Assembly: GCA_040880525.1 (NCBI GenBank)
Contig: JBBDIG010000051.1
Coordinates: forward strand, 4,221-68,220
Direction: 5' to 3'
Length of the DNA: 64,000 nt
Source: Bacteroidia bacterium
GTDB taxonomy: Bacteria; Bacteroidota; Bacteroidia; CAILMK01; JBBDIG01
The notes under the pieces are model-generated. The model saw nothing but the letters and a program-made list of their open reading frames with translations, had not been told where the DNA came from and ran no database searches. Of this stretch, positions 31,192 through 41,492 are shown in pieces. A program made the translations under genes and the position numbers. How positions within the stretch are numbered: position 1 is the stretch's first letter; each line of letters begins with the position of its first letter.

Positions 31192-32256
31192 ATGGCAGAA
31201 ACAAACAGAATCCCGGTCATCGGTATCAGCATTGGCGACTATAACGGAATAGGGCTGGAAGTAATCCTGAAATCATTGCGTGACCCGCGGATGACGCAGT
31301 TTTGCACCCCCGTCATTTACGGATCTTCCAAGCTTGTGCATTTCCACCGTAAGCGGCTGAACATCCGAGGCGTAAACCTCCATACGATAGAAGATATTTC
31401 GCAGGTGCAGGAGCGGAAACTCAACCTGCTTACCTGCCTTCAGGATGATTCGTTTGTAGAATTCGGCAATCCTACAGAGCACTCAGGCCAGTTTGCTTAT
31501 TACAGCCTTAAGACCGTAACGGCTCATGCCAAAGAGGGAAATGTGGACGCCATCGTTACGGCCCCCATTCAAAAGAAAAATATTCAGTCTGCGGATTTTG
31601 AATTTCCGGGACATACAGAATTCCTTGCCAGCGAATTCGGAGCGACCAATGCACTCATGTTCCTGGTAACGCCCGAAATGAAAATGGGCGTGGTTACCGG
31701 GCATATTCCATTAAAAGAGGTAGTGCAAAATATTACGCAGGAAAACATTCTGACAAAGCTTGGATTGATGGACCGATCACTTCAGGTTGACTTCGGCATT
31801 CCACGTCCGAAAATCGCTGTTTTAGGGCTTAATCCTCATGCAGGCGAGGAAGGCCTGCTGGGAAGCGAAGAAAAAGAAATTATGCAACCGGCAATTGAAT
31901 CTGCCCGTGAAAATGGACTGCTGGCTATGGGACCTTATCCTGCAGACGGTTTTTTTGCTTCGCGAATGCAGTGTGAATTCGATGCAGTGCTCGCCATGTA
32001 CCATGACCAGGGGCTGATCCCTTTTAAGGCGCTGGCATTTGAGCGGGGCGTGAATTTCACAGCCGGCCTGCGAGTGGTTCGTACTTCGCCTGATCATGGG
32101 ACGGGCTTTGCCATTGCGGGAAAAGGAGTGGCGGATGAAAGTTCATTCCGCGAAGCGATCTATACCGCAGTTGATATTCTGAAGAAGCGCAACGACTATG
32201 AGGATCTCCAGCAGAACAGGCTTAAACCCAGGAGGCAGAGGGAAAAAGAGAAATGA
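31192..32256 (+). CDS. pdxA: 4-Hydroxythreonine-4-phosphate dehydrogenase.
   Basis: IPVIGISIGDYNGIGLEVILKSL...GPYPADGFF is the PdxA family pattern. Confidence 0.85.
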   Translation: MAETNRIPVIGISIGDYNGIGLEVILKSLRDPRMTQFCTPVIYGSSKLVHFHRKRLNIRGVNLHTIEDISQVQERKLNLLTCLQDDSFVEFGNPTEHSGQFAYYSLKTVTAHAKEGNVDAIVTAPIQKKNIQSADFEFPGHTEFLASEFGATNALMFLVTPEMKMGVVTGHIPLKEVVQNITQENILTKLGLMDRSLQVDFGIPRPKIAVLGLNPHAGEEGLLGSEEKEIMQPAIESARENGLLAMGPYPADGFFASRMQCEFDAVLAMYHDQGLIPFKALAFERGVNFTAGLRVVRTSPDHGTGFAIAGKGVADESSFREAIYTAVDILKKRNDYEDLQQNRLKPRRQREKEK

Positions 32257-32372
32257 GGTTTTTGCCAGGGGCTGTCGCTGGGTTTCAATGCTTAGGCGCT
32301 CAGGAAGCCTCAAGCTTTTGAAGATTGTAGGGAATACGCAAATTTCCTTAAATTTGCCCGCTCTATTTTAGC

Positions 32373-32912
32373 GTGATTGTGGATCATCTTCAAGCCTATA
32401 CTATTAATTTCAAGGGCCTCCGGCAGGGAGAGCATCACTTTCAGTACCAGGTGGATGATAAGTTCTTTGAGAATTTTGAAGAAACGCAGGTTCAGGAAGG
32501 TGATGTACAGGTGAACCTGATTTTTGAGAAACGAAAGGAAACTTTATTTGTCCTTACGTTCCAACTTTCAGGAACTTTAGGCCTTGAATGTGATCGCTGT
32601 CTGAATATTATTGATTATCCGGTCAGCGAAGAGTTTAAACTTTACATTAAAATTGGCGAAGCAGAAGAACCTGAGGAAGACGATGACCTGGTGATGCTGC
32701 CTGCAGAGACACAGCAGCTTAACGTAGCACAATACATTTTTGAGTACATTCATCTCATCATGCCGATGCGTTCTTTGTGTGAATCTGTCGGGAAGGACTG
32801 CAACCCGGAAATGCTGAAAATATTGGAAGAACATGAGCGTGAAGAAAAGACGGAATCGGACCCGCGCTGGAATGATTTGAAAGATTTATTGAAGAAGAAG
32901 AATAATAACTAA
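32373..32912 (+). CDS. DUF177 (YceD-like) protein, conserved upstream of rpmF.
   Basis: Position immediately 5' of rpmF-plsX-fabH, plus the CDRC cysteine pair and an acidic tail. Confidence 0.75.
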   Translation: MIVDHLQAYTINFKGLRQGEHHFQYQVDDKFFENFEETQVQEGDVQVNLIFEKRKETLFVLTFQLSGTLGLECDRCLNIIDYPVSEEFKLYIKIGEAEEPEEDDDLVMLPAETQQLNVAQYIFEYIHLIMPMRSLCESVGKDCNPEMLKILEEHEREEKTESDPRWNDLKDLLKKKNNN

Positions 32913-32933
32913 ATTTTAAAGCGTAAAAATTAA

Positions 32934-33125
32934 ATGGCACATCCTAAACGGAAAATCTCCAAAACCAGAAGAGACAAACGGAGAACACATTACAAGACAT
33001 CAACGCCTACCATTGCTATAGATTCTACCACAGGAGAACCCCATCTGTATCACCGCGCCCATTGGTATGAAGGCAAGCTGTTTTACAAAGGAAAAGTAGT
33101 GATCGACAAGGAAGAAAAGTCCTGA
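32934..33125 (+). CDS. rpmF: 50S ribosomal protein L32.
   Basis: [21 protein letters not shown]. Confidence 0.9.
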   Translation: MAHPKRKISKTRRDKRRTHYKTSTPTIAIDSTTGEPHLYHRAHWYEGKLFYKGKVVIDKEEKS

Positions 33126-33168
33126 TCATTTTTTTGGTAAAACTAAGCCCACCCACTACCCACCACGA

Positions 33169-34110
33169 ATGCGAGCAGGAATAGACATTATGGGAGGCGA
33201 CTATGCCCCCTCTGCAGCCCTTGAAGGAGTATCATTAGCCCTGCGGGAACTTCCCGATGAGCACGAGCTTGTGCTGATTGGAGACGAAGCGATCATTAAT
33301 GAGTATGTTGAAAAGAATCATACTGGCGGCCAAAATGTGAAAGTGGTAGCAGCCTCCCAGGTAATTGGTATGAGCGATTCCCCTACCAGAGCCATTCAGC
33401 AGAAAACTGACAGCAGCATTGCAAAAGGTTTTAGAATGCTCCATGATGCTGAGATTGATGTGTTCATGAGTGCGGGCAATACCGGGGCTATGCTGGTAGG
33501 CGCACTCTACAGCATTAAAGCGATTCCCGGAGTGCTGCGGCCCGCCATCACTTCCCTTATACCAAAAGAAAATGGCGGCTATGGGATTATCCTGGATGTA
33601 GGGGCAAACCTTGATTGCAAGCAGGAAGTGCTGGTGCAGTTCGCGATGCTTGGGAGCATTTATTCCAAAAATGTTTACCACATCCCACAGCCAAAAGTGG
33701 GGCTCCTGAACATTGGATCAGAAAGAGAAAAAGGCAACATCGTTACCCAGGCCACTTATCCGTTGCTGGAAGAGCATTCTAAAATCAACTTTATCGGGAA
33801 TATTGAAGGCTATGACCTTTTCTCAGATGCAGCGGATGTGATCGTTTGTGACGGGTTTACGGGGAATGTTGTCCTGAAGGCAGCAGAATCCATCCGGCAT
33901 ATCATGAAGCGGAGAGGACTGACGGATGAATACTTTGACAAATTTGATTACGAGAATTACGGGGGCACGCCCATTCTGGGAGTAAATAAACCTGTCCTGA
34001 TTGGCCACGGTGTGTCTTCCCCTACCGCCTTCAAAAGCATGATTATGCTGGGCCGGGACATGGTTGAGTCTCAGGTGATCGGCAAGATCAGGGACGCGTT
34101 TGAATCCTAA
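33169..34110 (+). CDS. plsX: Phosphate acyltransferase PlsX.
   Basis: [14 protein letters not shown]...[13 protein letters not shown]. Confidence 0.9.
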   Translation: MRAGIDIMGGDYAPSAALEGVSLALRELPDEHELVLIGDEAIINEYVEKNHTGGQNVKVVAASQVIGMSDSPTRAIQQKTDSSIAKGFRMLHDAEIDVFMSAGNTGAMLVGALYSIKAIPGVLRPAITSLIPKENGGYGIILDVGANLDCKQEVLVQFAMLGSIYSKNVYHIPQPKVGLLNIGSEREKGNIVTQATYPLLEEHSKINFIGNIEGYDLFSDAADVIVCDGFTGNVVLKAAESIRHIMKRRGLTDEYFDKFDYENYGGTPILGVNKPVLIGHGVSSPTAFKSMIMLGRDMVESQVIGKIRDAFES

Positions 34111-35131
34111 AAATTATTTAATGCAAAAAATCCGGGCGGCAATTACAGGTGTTGGGGCGTATGTTCCTGATTACATATTGACCAATACAGAATTGGAAAA
34201 AATGGTGGATACCACCGATGAGTGGATCAAAAGCCGCACAGGAATCTCTGAACGGAGAATTTTAAAGGGAGAGGGCAATGGCACTTCGTTTATGGCAGAA
34301 AGAGCCATCCGGACACTGCTGGAGAAAACGAATACCGCACCCGAAGAAATTGAGCTGATCATATTGGCATCCGTTACCCCTGATATGGTTTTTCCTGCCA
34401 CAGCTAATATTCTGGCTGATAAACTGGGAATGAAAAAAGCATTTGGCTTTGACCTCGAGGCGGCCTGTTCAGGGTTTATTTACGCGCTTACAATGGCCTC
34501 GAAATATATTGAGTCAGGGGCGGCCAAAAAAGTAGTCGTAGTTGGGGGCGATAAAATGTCATCCATCATAGATTATACAGATCGTGCTACCTGCATCATC
34601 TTCGGAGACGGGGCAGGGGCTGTGCTTCTGGAAGCCGTGGAAGAAGAGGTGGGAATTATGGATACAATCATGCGGGCTGATGGATCTGGCAGGCAGTTTC
34701 TCTACCAGAAAGCTGGTGGTTCAGCTTATCCGCCTACATTAGAGACGGTGCAGAACAAAGAACATTATGTGATTCAGGAGGGAAAAACCGTATTCAAATT
34801 TGCTGTCACCAATATGGCTGAGGTATCTTATGAGATCATGAAGCGGAATAACCTGCAGTCAGATGATATTGCTTACCTGGTGCCGCACCAGGCAAACCTC
34901 CGGATCATTGACGCCACTGCCCAGCGGATGGGGCTCCCCCCGGAAAAAGTGATGATCAATATTCAGAAGTTTGGTAATACCACGAACGGCACAATACCGC
35001 TCTGCCTCAATGAATGGGAACCTAAGCTGAAGAAAGGGGACAACCTGATCATCTCAGCCTTTGGAGGCGGTTTCACCTGGGGTGCTATTTACCTGAAATG
35101 GGCGTATGACGGAGCGTCTGTCTCCGGATAG
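34100..35131 (+). CDS. fabH: 3-oxoacyl-ACP synthase III.
   Basis: [16 protein letters not shown]...[10 protein letters not shown]...HQANLRI...GNTTNGTIP, with the Cys-His-Asn triad context. Confidence 0.9.
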   Translation: MNPKNYLMQKIRAAITGVGAYVPDYILTNTELEKMVDTTDEWIKSRTGISERRILKGEGNGTSFMAERAIRTLLEKTNTAPEEIELIILASVTPDMVFPATANILADKLGMKKAFGFDLEAACSGFIYALTMASKYIESGAAKKVVVVGGDKMSSIIDYTDRATCIIFGDGAGAVLLEAVEEEVGIMDTIMRADGSGRQFLYQKAGGSAYPPTLETVQNKEHYVIQEGKTVFKFAVTNMAEVSYEIMKRNNLQSDDIAYLVPHQANLRIIDATAQRMGLPPEKVMINIQKFGNTTNGTIPLCLNEWEPKLKKGDNLIISAFGGGFTWGAIYLKWAYDGASVSG

Positions 35132-35216
35132 ATCCAATTCCTGCGTCTTCAGCGAATGCAGGATCAAAAATTTTAAAACATATTTAGGTCAATCTTAATT
35201 TAGTAATCACTCATCT

Positions 35217-35783
35217 ATGGCAACTACTGCTGATTTTAAAAATGGCTTGTGCATCGAATGGAATAATGACCTGATGCAAATCGTGGATTTCCAGCACGTG
35301 AAACCTGGAAAAGGACCCGCATTTGTTCGCACCAAGCTGAAAAGCCTTACCACGGGCAGGGTGCTTGACAATACGTTTTCTTCGGGCACCAAAGTAACCA
35401 CCTGCCGTATTGAGAACAGGCCATTCCAGTTTCTTTATAAAGATGACACAGGTTACATCTTTATGCATACTGAAAACTTCGAGCAAGTCTCAATTCAGGA
35501 AAACCTGATCAATTCACCGCAGTTTCTTAAAGAAGGAGAGATGGTGGACATCCTGTACCATGCCGATACGGAGACACCACTGAGCGCTGAGTTGAAGCCT
35601 TTTGTGGAGTTGCAGGTCACTTATACTGAGCCCGGTCTGAAAGGCGATACCGCAACCAATACACTGAAAGCTGCCACTGTAGAAACTGGCGCTACCGTTC
35701 AGGTACCGCTTTTTGTAGATACGGGAGAAGTTATTAAAATAGATACACGCAACGGCTCCTATGCAGAGCGGGTTAAGAAATAG
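35217..35783 (+). CDS. efp: Elongation factor P.
   Basis: [49 protein letters not shown]. Confidence 0.9.
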   Translation: MATTADFKNGLCIEWNNDLMQIVDFQHVKPGKGPAFVRTKLKSLTTGRVLDNTFSSGTKVTTCRIENRPFQFLYKDDTGYIFMHTENFEQVSIQENLINSPQFLKEGEMVDILYHADTETPLSAELKPFVELQVTYTEPGLKGDTATNTLKAATVETGATVQVPLFVDTGEVIKIDTRNGSYAERVKK

Positions 35784-35883
35784 CTTTGCATTTGAAGGTA
35801 AAGACATTCTATATTGATCTCATAGTTTCATCCATGATGAAATTTTTGCCTATGTTTCGCAATAAAATTAAACTGAACCAACC

Positions 35884-36399
35884 ATGGAATTAAAGGACAT
35901 CAAGGAACTGATCAAGTTCGTGTCAAAATCTGGCGTAAATGAAGTTCAGCTTGAAAAAGATGATTTTAAGATAGTCATAAAAACAGGAGCGCAAGGTCCT
36001 GCTGAAGGCAGTGGAACGTCATACATACAGATGATGCCATCGAACCAGCCGGCTCCCGGCATGATGGTACCGGCACAGCAACAGCCGGGGCAACAACCCC
36101 CTTCAGGAGAGGCTCCTGCCGGGCCAGCAGCCGCTACAGAGCCTCCATTGGCCAGTAATCATGTGGAGATCAAAGCACCGATGGTCGGAACTTTTTACCG
36201 CTCTGCCGGGCCTGACAAGGATCCTTTTGTGAAGGTGGGCGATAATATCAACAAAGGAGATGTAGTCTGCATCATAGAAGCCATGAAACTGTTCAACGAA
36301 ATAGAGGCAGAGATCAGCGGCAAAGTTGTGAAAGTGATAGCCGATGATGCAAGCCCGGTGGAATTTGATCAGCCGCTCTTCATCCTTGATCCCTCCTGA
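35884..36399 (+). CDS. accB: Acetyl-CoA carboxylase biotin carboxyl carrier protein.
   Basis: Pro/Ala/Gln-rich linker plus EAMKLFNEIEAEISGKV (biotinyl-lysine motif). Confidence 0.9.
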   Translation: MELKDIKELIKFVSKSGVNEVQLEKDDFKIVIKTGAQGPAEGSGTSYIQMMPSNQPAPGMMVPAQQQPGQQPPSGEAPAGPAAATEPPLASNHVEIKAPMVGTFYRSAGPDKDPFVKVGDNINKGDVVCIIEAMKLFNEIEAEISGKVVKVIADDASPVEFDQPLFILDPS

Positions 36400-36455
36400 T
36401 GTGGCGATTGCTGCCGTGAATTTTCCTCTTTCAATTACATAGGAACCGCACCAGA

Positions 36456-37802
36456 ATGTTTAAAAAGATACTGATAGCCAACCGGGGAGAAATAGCCTTG
36501 CGCGTGATCCGCACCTGCAAGGAAATGGGAATAAAAACTGTGGCCGTGTATAGCACGGCAGACCGCGACAGTCTTCATGTGCGTTTTGCCGATGAGGCGG
36601 TGTGCATTGGCCCTCCTCCCAGCAGCCGGTCCTATCTTGAGATCCCCGGCATCATTGCCGCTGCGGAGATCACGAATGCTGACGCGATCCATCCCGGTTA
36701 TGGATTCCTCTCAGAGAATGCCAAGTTCAGCGAAATATGCCAGCTTCACGGCATTAAGTTCATTGGCTCCTCACCGGAGATGATCAACGCGATGGGCAAC
36801 AAAAGCCGGGCAAAGGAAACCATGAAGAAAGCTGGCGTCCCGTGTGTGCCGGGAACAGATGGCCTGATCAACGATTTGGATGAAGCCAGGAAGGTTGCAA
36901 TAGAAATTGGATATCCTGTGATCATGAAAGCCTCTGCGGGTGGTGGAGGGCGAGGAATGCGAATTGTTCAGGAAGAATCGGAAATGGAGAAAGCCTGGGA
37001 ATCTTCCCGCCAGGAATCCAAAGCTGCCTTTGGCAATGACGATATTTATCTTGAAAAATTCATCGTACAGCCGCGCCACATTGAGATCCAGATCATCGGT
37101 GATCAGTTCGGCACCATCAGCCATTTATCGGAGCGCGATTGCTCCATACAGCGCAGGCACCAGAAGCTTCTGGAGGAAGCACCTTCCCCGTTTATGACGC
37201 CCGACCTCCGGGATAAAATGGGAGCAGCGGCCATTGCTGCCGGCAAAACCGTGAATTATGAAGGCGTGGGGACAGTTGAATTCCTGGTGGATAAGGACCG
37301 GAATTTTTATTTCATGGAAATGAATACACGTATTCAGGTGGAACATCCTGTTACAGAGGAAGTCATAAATTATGATCTCATAAAAGAGCAGATCCTTGTG
37401 GCTGCGGGTGTTCCCATTTCAGGGAAAAATTATTTTCCGGAAAAACATGCGATTGAATGCCGGATAAATGCTGAAGATCCTTTCAACAATTTTTCACCCA
37501 GCCCCGGAAAAATACTGAACCTGCATAAGCCGGGCGGACATGGCGTGCGGGTGGATACCCATGTGTATGCCGGTTATATGGTCCCTCCTCATTACGATTC
37601 CATGATCGCGAAGCTCATCGTCAGCGCACGTACGCGTGAGGAAGCCATCGTGCGGATGAAACGGTGCCTGGAGGAGTTTATCATCGAAGGCGTGAAGACT
37701 ACCATCCCGTTGCACCTCAGGATTATGGACGATAAGAATTTTAAGGAAGGGCGATTTGATACCAGCTTTATGGACCACTTCGATCTGTCCTCAAAAGGGT
37801 AG
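36456..37802 (+). CDS. accC: Acetyl-CoA carboxylase biotin carboxylase subunit.
   Basis: [33 protein letters not shown]...ATP-grasp...[14 protein letters not shown]. Confidence 0.9.
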   Translation: MFKKILIANRGEIALRVIRTCKEMGIKTVAVYSTADRDSLHVRFADEAVCIGPPPSSRSYLEIPGIIAAAEITNADAIHPGYGFLSENAKFSEICQLHGIKFIGSSPEMINAMGNKSRAKETMKKAGVPCVPGTDGLINDLDEARKVAIEIGYPVIMKASAGGGGRGMRIVQEESEMEKAWESSRQESKAAFGNDDIYLEKFIVQPRHIEIQIIGDQFGTISHLSERDCSIQRRHQKLLEEAPSPFMTPDLRDKMGAAAIAAGKTVNYEGVGTVEFLVDKDRNFYFMEMNTRIQVEHPVTEEVINYDLIKEQILVAAGVPISGKNYFPEKHAIECRINAEDPFNNFSPSPGKILNLHKPGGHGVRVDTHVYAGYMVPPHYDSMIAKLIVSARTREEAIVRMKRCLEEFIIEGVKTTIPLHLRIMDDKNFKEGRFDTSFMDHFDLSSKG

Positions 37803-37997
37803 TCGCCAGCCAATAAATGGATTGCATCGAATTAATTGCCGGCAGCCAGAATTTAAAATTAACTACCGGAAACACAGGCTTCTTTCCGGCACAGGCATAG
37901 CAGGAGTCGGCATCCGGAAGCAAAAGTGGCCCGCTTTGAAAAACTTATTTACCGGTAAACCCGGTATAAATAATAAATGAATATTTTTAGAGAAAGA

Positions 37998-38005
37998 GAA
38001 AAACG
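37998..38005 (+). promoter_or_regulatory. Bacteroidota-type -7 promoter element (TAnnTTTG) upstream of rplM.
   Basis: TAATTTTG lies 38 nt upstream of the rplM ATG. Confidence 0.4.
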
Positions 38006-38042
38006 ATAATTTTGCACCCGCATTAAATTTTTTCATACGACA

Positions 38043-38486
38043 ATGAGTCAGGTAACGCAGATCACACGATCCTTTGATAAACACCACATAACCCGTAACT
38101 GGTATATAGTGGATGGCGAGAATAAAGTAGTTGGAAGACTGGCTTCCGAACTTGCCAAGATCATCAGGGGAAAAAATAAACCTACTTTCACTCCGCATTC
38201 TGATACAGGCGATAAGGTGATCGTAATCAATGCAGATAAAGTAAAGCTCACGGGCAAGAAGATGTCTGACAAATATTACCTCCGGCATAGTGGCTATCCT
38301 GGCGGCCAGCGCAAAACCACTGCGGCTGAGCTTATGGCGAAAAAGCCCACGGAAGTGCTGCTGAAAGCCGTGAAGGGAATGCTTCCTCACAACAAACTTC
38401 AAAAGCCTTGTCTTAAAAATCTTTTTTTATATGAAGGAGCCGAACATCCTCATACGGCCCAACAACCCCAAAAGTTAGAATTGTAA
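38043..38486 (+). CDS. rplM: 50S ribosomal protein L13.
   Basis: Sequence starts MSQVTQITRSFDKHHITRNWYIVDGENKVVGRLASELAKIIRGKNKPTFTPH. L13-type N-terminus; lies immediately upstream of rpsI (S9). Confidence 0.9.
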   Translation: MSQVTQITRSFDKHHITRNWYIVDGENKVVGRLASELAKIIRGKNKPTFTPHSDTGDKVIVINADKVKLTGKKMSDKYYLRHSGYPGGQRKTTAAELMAKKPTEVLLKAVKGMLPHNKLQKPCLKNLFLYEGAEHPHTAQQPQKLEL

Positions 38487-38487
38487 G

Positions 38488-38874
38488 ATGGAACAAAAAC
38501 AAGCAGTAGGCAGAAGGAAGACCTCCATTGCAAGGGTTTACGTTACACCCGGAAATGGCGATTTCAATATCAACGGCAAAAAGCTGGAGGAATATTTTCC
38601 CCTGGCAGTTTTGCAGGACAGAGTGCAACATCCTTATGGGGTAACCGAGACCGGAGGAAAGTATGACACGAAAGTTAATGTGAAGGGAGGAGGAATAAAC
38701 GGACAGGCAGACGCAGTGGCCATGGCCATTTCGCGCGTGCTTGTGGGAATTGATGCGGAATATCGCGCATTGCTGAAGCCCCATGATCTCCTGACGCGCG
38801 ATCCGCGAATGGTGGAAAGAAAGAAATACGGACAGAAAAAAGCTCGCAAGAGTTTCCAATTCAGCAAGAGATAA
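38488..38874 (+). CDS. rpsI: 30S ribosomal protein S9.
   Basis: C-terminal ...RKKYGQKKARKSFQFSKR. Confidence 0.9.
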   Translation: MEQKQAVGRRKTSIARVYVTPGNGDFNINGKKLEEYFPLAVLQDRVQHPYGVTETGGKYDTKVNVKGGGINGQADAVAMAISRVLVGIDAEYRALLKPHDLLTRDPRMVERKKYGQKKARKSFQFSKR

Positions 38875-38884
38875 AATATTAATA

Positions 38885-39649
38885 ATGGAAAAACTCACAG
38901 TACAGGAGTTACTAGAAGCAGGTGTACACTTTGGCCACCTGAAGAGCAAGTGGGATCCCAACATGGCGCCTTATGTATTTATGGAGCGCAATGGAATTCA
39001 CATACTTGATCTGAACAAATCGCTCAGAAAGCTTGAAGAAGCCGCCTTCGCAATTAAAAATATTGCCAGGAGCGGACGAAAAATACTTTTTGTGGCTACT
39101 AAAAAGCAGGCGAAAGAATTTGTCATGGAATCCGCCCAACGTGTGAACATGCCGTTCGTTACGGATCGCTGGCTCGGAGGAATGCTCACCAATTTCTCAA
39201 CTGTTCGCAAGAGCATTAAGAAAATGAGCAACATCGAAAAGATGAGCACTGACGGTACATTTGAGAATATCGCAAAGCGGGAAAGGCTTCAGTTGACGCG
39301 CGAACGCGATAAACTGGAAAGAGTACTTGGCGGAATTAACGACCTGACCCGGCTTCCCGCAGCACTTTTTATCGTTGATATTAAGCGTGAACATATTGCC
39401 GTTTCCGAAGCCATTAAACTCAACCTTACTTCCTTTGGAATGGTGGATACTAACTCCAATCCAAACCTTGTGGATTTTGCTATTCCCGCCAATGATGATG
39501 CATCAAAGTCTATCGCGCTCATTACCCGCTATATGACCGATGCCATTGCTGAAGGCCTGGAAGAAAGGAAGAAAACCAAGCAGGCACGCCAGGAGGGCGC
39601 TGATTCTGAGCAAAAGGAAGAAGCCGTAGCCGAGGAACAAAACGACTAA
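38885..39649 (+). CDS. rpsB: 30S ribosomal protein S2.
   Basis: LLEAGVHFGHLKSKWDPNMAPYVF... Confidence 0.9.
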   Translation: MEKLTVQELLEAGVHFGHLKSKWDPNMAPYVFMERNGIHILDLNKSLRKLEEAAFAIKNIARSGRKILFVATKKQAKEFVMESAQRVNMPFVTDRWLGGMLTNFSTVRKSIKKMSNIEKMSTDGTFENIAKRERLQLTRERDKLERVLGGINDLTRLPAALFIVDIKREHIAVSEAIKLNLTSFGMVDTNSNPNLVDFAIPANDDASKSIALITRYMTDAIAEGLEERKKTKQARQEGADSEQKEEAVAEEQND

Positions 39650-39673
39650 TTCTTAAAACAGACTTATATTAAG

Positions 39674-40510
39674 ATGAGCATTACTGCCAAAGATGTAAAT
39701 AAACTGCGCCAGGTAACCGGTGCAGGTATGATGGACTGTAAAAAGGCGCTTCAGGAAACGAATGGCGACTTTGAAGCAGCCATTGACTATCTCCGCAAAA
39801 AAGGCCAGAAGGTCTCTGAAAAGCGCTCTGATCGCGAGGCGACCGAAGGTGTGGTGATCGCCAAAACTTCAGATGACCACAAAAGGGGAATTGTAATCGC
39901 ACTGAGTTGCGAAACGGACTTTGTTGCCAAAAATGCTGATTTTATAGAGATAGCCAACAAGTTTGCTGATGAGGCGCTGAAGTCAATGCCGGCCACGCTC
40001 GATGAACTGAAGCAGAAGCAGGTTGATGACAAAGCAATTGCTGATCACCTGACTGACCAGATGGGCAAGATCGGTGAAAAGATTGACCTCTCGGAATATG
40101 AGCGCGTGGAAAGCGAACATGTGCTGGCTTACAATCACCTCGGAAATAAAATCGGGGTGCTGGTGGCGATGAGCAAAGGCGGCAGCAACGGAGAAGTGTC
40201 ACAAGCCGGAAGGGATGTGGCCATGCAGATTGCAGCCATGAACCCGGTAGCCCTGGACAAAGATCAGGTAGACTCCAGAACTGTGGAGCGCGAAATTGAA
40301 ATAGCCCGTGAGCAAATCCGTGCAGAGGGCAAACCAGACAATCTGGTAGACAAAATTGCTGAAGGCAAGCTCAACAAGTTCTACAAAGAGCGTACACTCT
40401 TGAACCAGGATTTCGTAAAAGATCCTTCAAAGACTGTGAAGAAGCTGCTGGAGGATATTGATAAGGAATTAAAAATAACTGATTTCAAACGAGTGGAAAT
40501 CGGAGGATAG
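39674..40510 (+). CDS. tsf: Elongation factor Ts.
   Basis: MSITAKDVNKLRQVTGAGMMDCKKALQETNGDFEAAIDYLRKKG. Confidence 0.9.
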   Translation: MSITAKDVNKLRQVTGAGMMDCKKALQETNGDFEAAIDYLRKKGQKVSEKRSDREATEGVVIAKTSDDHKRGIVIALSCETDFVAKNADFIEIANKFADEALKSMPATLDELKQKQVDDKAIADHLTDQMGKIGEKIDLSEYERVESEHVLAYNHLGNKIGVLVAMSKGGSNGEVSQAGRDVAMQIAAMNPVALDKDQVDSRTVEREIEIAREQIRAEGKPDNLVDKIAEGKLNKFYKERTLLNQDFVKDPSKTVKKLLEDIDKELKITDFKRVEIGG

Positions 40511-40512
40511 GA

Positions 40513-40545
40513 GAAAGGGAGGCGAAAGCTTCCTTTTTTGTTTTA
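40513..40545 (+). terminator. Rho-independent terminator after tsf.
   Basis: GGAGGCgaaaGCTTCC hairpin followed by TTTTTTGTTTT. Confidence 0.6.
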
Positions 40546-40617
40546 TATTTACCGAAACGGATAAATTATTTTGGTGGCTATAGTAAATCGTTAATACCAT
40601 TTATAGAATTAAAACAA

Positions 40618-40652
40618 AGGCTGTCTGGAACTGTCCGGCAGCCTTCCTGTTT
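40618..40652 (-). terminator. Terminator downstream of the minus-strand VOC gene (a bidirectional hairpin).
   Basis: AAGGCTG-15 nt-CAGCCTT stem followed by TGTTTT on the minus strand. Confidence 0.5.
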
Positions 40653-40735
40653 TAAGTTTATTTATTAAATATTAATCGCAAAAAATAAAGTTTGTGATTA
40701 TTTAATCGACATTTCTAATATCGTAAGATTGGGTT

Positions 40736-41104
40736 TCAATGGATTGAATGCAGCCCCAGTTTATTTCCTTCCGTGTCAACAAACATGGCATAGCATCCCA
40801 TTTCAGGACTGATCTCCGTTTTCGGAACAATTACTTTTCCTCCATTGGTTTCTATTTTATCCAAAGTAGGTTGCAAATCGTTTCCTGCGTTCAGGTAAAG
40901 GACTGCACCATCAGTTGTTGGATTATAGTCATTTCCTTCTACCATTACAACATTTACGGTTTCTCCATCGCCTGGCAAAACCCGCAATTGAGTTCCGTCC
41001 ATATCAACTTCCTCAATGCTCACGCCTAAAATTGCCTGGTAAAAAGTGACCGCTCGTCAAAAGTCAATTACCGGAATTTCTATGATTGAAACTAAGTTTT
41101 TCAT
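40736..41104 (-). pseudogene. VOC/glyoxalase-family protein with an in-frame TGA at codon 16 (41057-41059). It is either a pseudogene or a protein truncated to the GTG start at 41023.
   Basis: Minus-strand translation from the ATG at 41104 gives MKNLVSIIEIPVIDF*RAVTFYQAILGVSIEEVDMDG... N-termini of VOC proteins normally read ...PV.DF.RA..FY across this point. TGA is used as a normal stop elsewhere in the window, for example at 7764-7766. Confidence 0.55.
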
Positions 41105-41199
41105 ATAAATTATTTTTTGATAAAGGTAAAAATTACAAATCCAAGTGTAAAGCTGCTTCTCTCAGTAATTTTCCTCACTATCAGGTTGGTTCAATTGAT

Positions 41200-41468
41200 T
41201 TGCCATGGGCGCTTCCTCAATCCGGCCAAAGGCCACCGGACATGCAGGAGCCGGGCGACTGAGGGGGCGGCAAAAGACATGCGTCAAAGCCGCGCGCCAA
41301 CACGGGGAACCACTCTTCCCTGTTAAACCGTATTAATAACCTCATAGAGGCGGCATGTTGGTAGTACAGACCCATTATTCTCCTTGGGAGCGAAAAAGCA
41401 GGGGAATACCAACCATCTTCTCCTGATTTACGTGTATGGTATTGAAAGCTTTCAATACCATTTTTTTT
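41200..41468 (+). ncRNA. Candidate small RNA or structured transcript ending in a strong intrinsic terminator. Identity is unknown.
   Basis: A GC-rich, hairpin-dense island sits in an AT-rich intergenic region. It ends with ggtattgaaagctttcaatacc plus T8 (41438-41468) on the plus strand. There is no credible ORF; the 69-aa ORF at 41117-41326 is of low complexity. Confidence 0.35.
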
Positions 41469-41492
41469 AAAACTAATTTTAAAATTACATCA

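Noticed and set aside
37863-38402. 179-aa minus-strand ORF.
   Set aside because: It lies entirely antisense to the highly conserved rplM gene and the accC-rplM intergenic region. Its composition is low-complexity, so it is a spurious ORF.
41200-41470. Identification of the structured intergenic element as tmRNA, RNase P RNA, SRP RNA or 6S RNA.
   Set aside because: There is no tRNA-like T-arm/acceptor for tmRNA. The RNase P boxes GGAAAGTCCGG / ACAGAACCCGGCTTA are absent. Only a weak resemblance to the SRP GGAAGCAGC motif exists on the opposite strand. It is left as an unassigned candidate sRNA.
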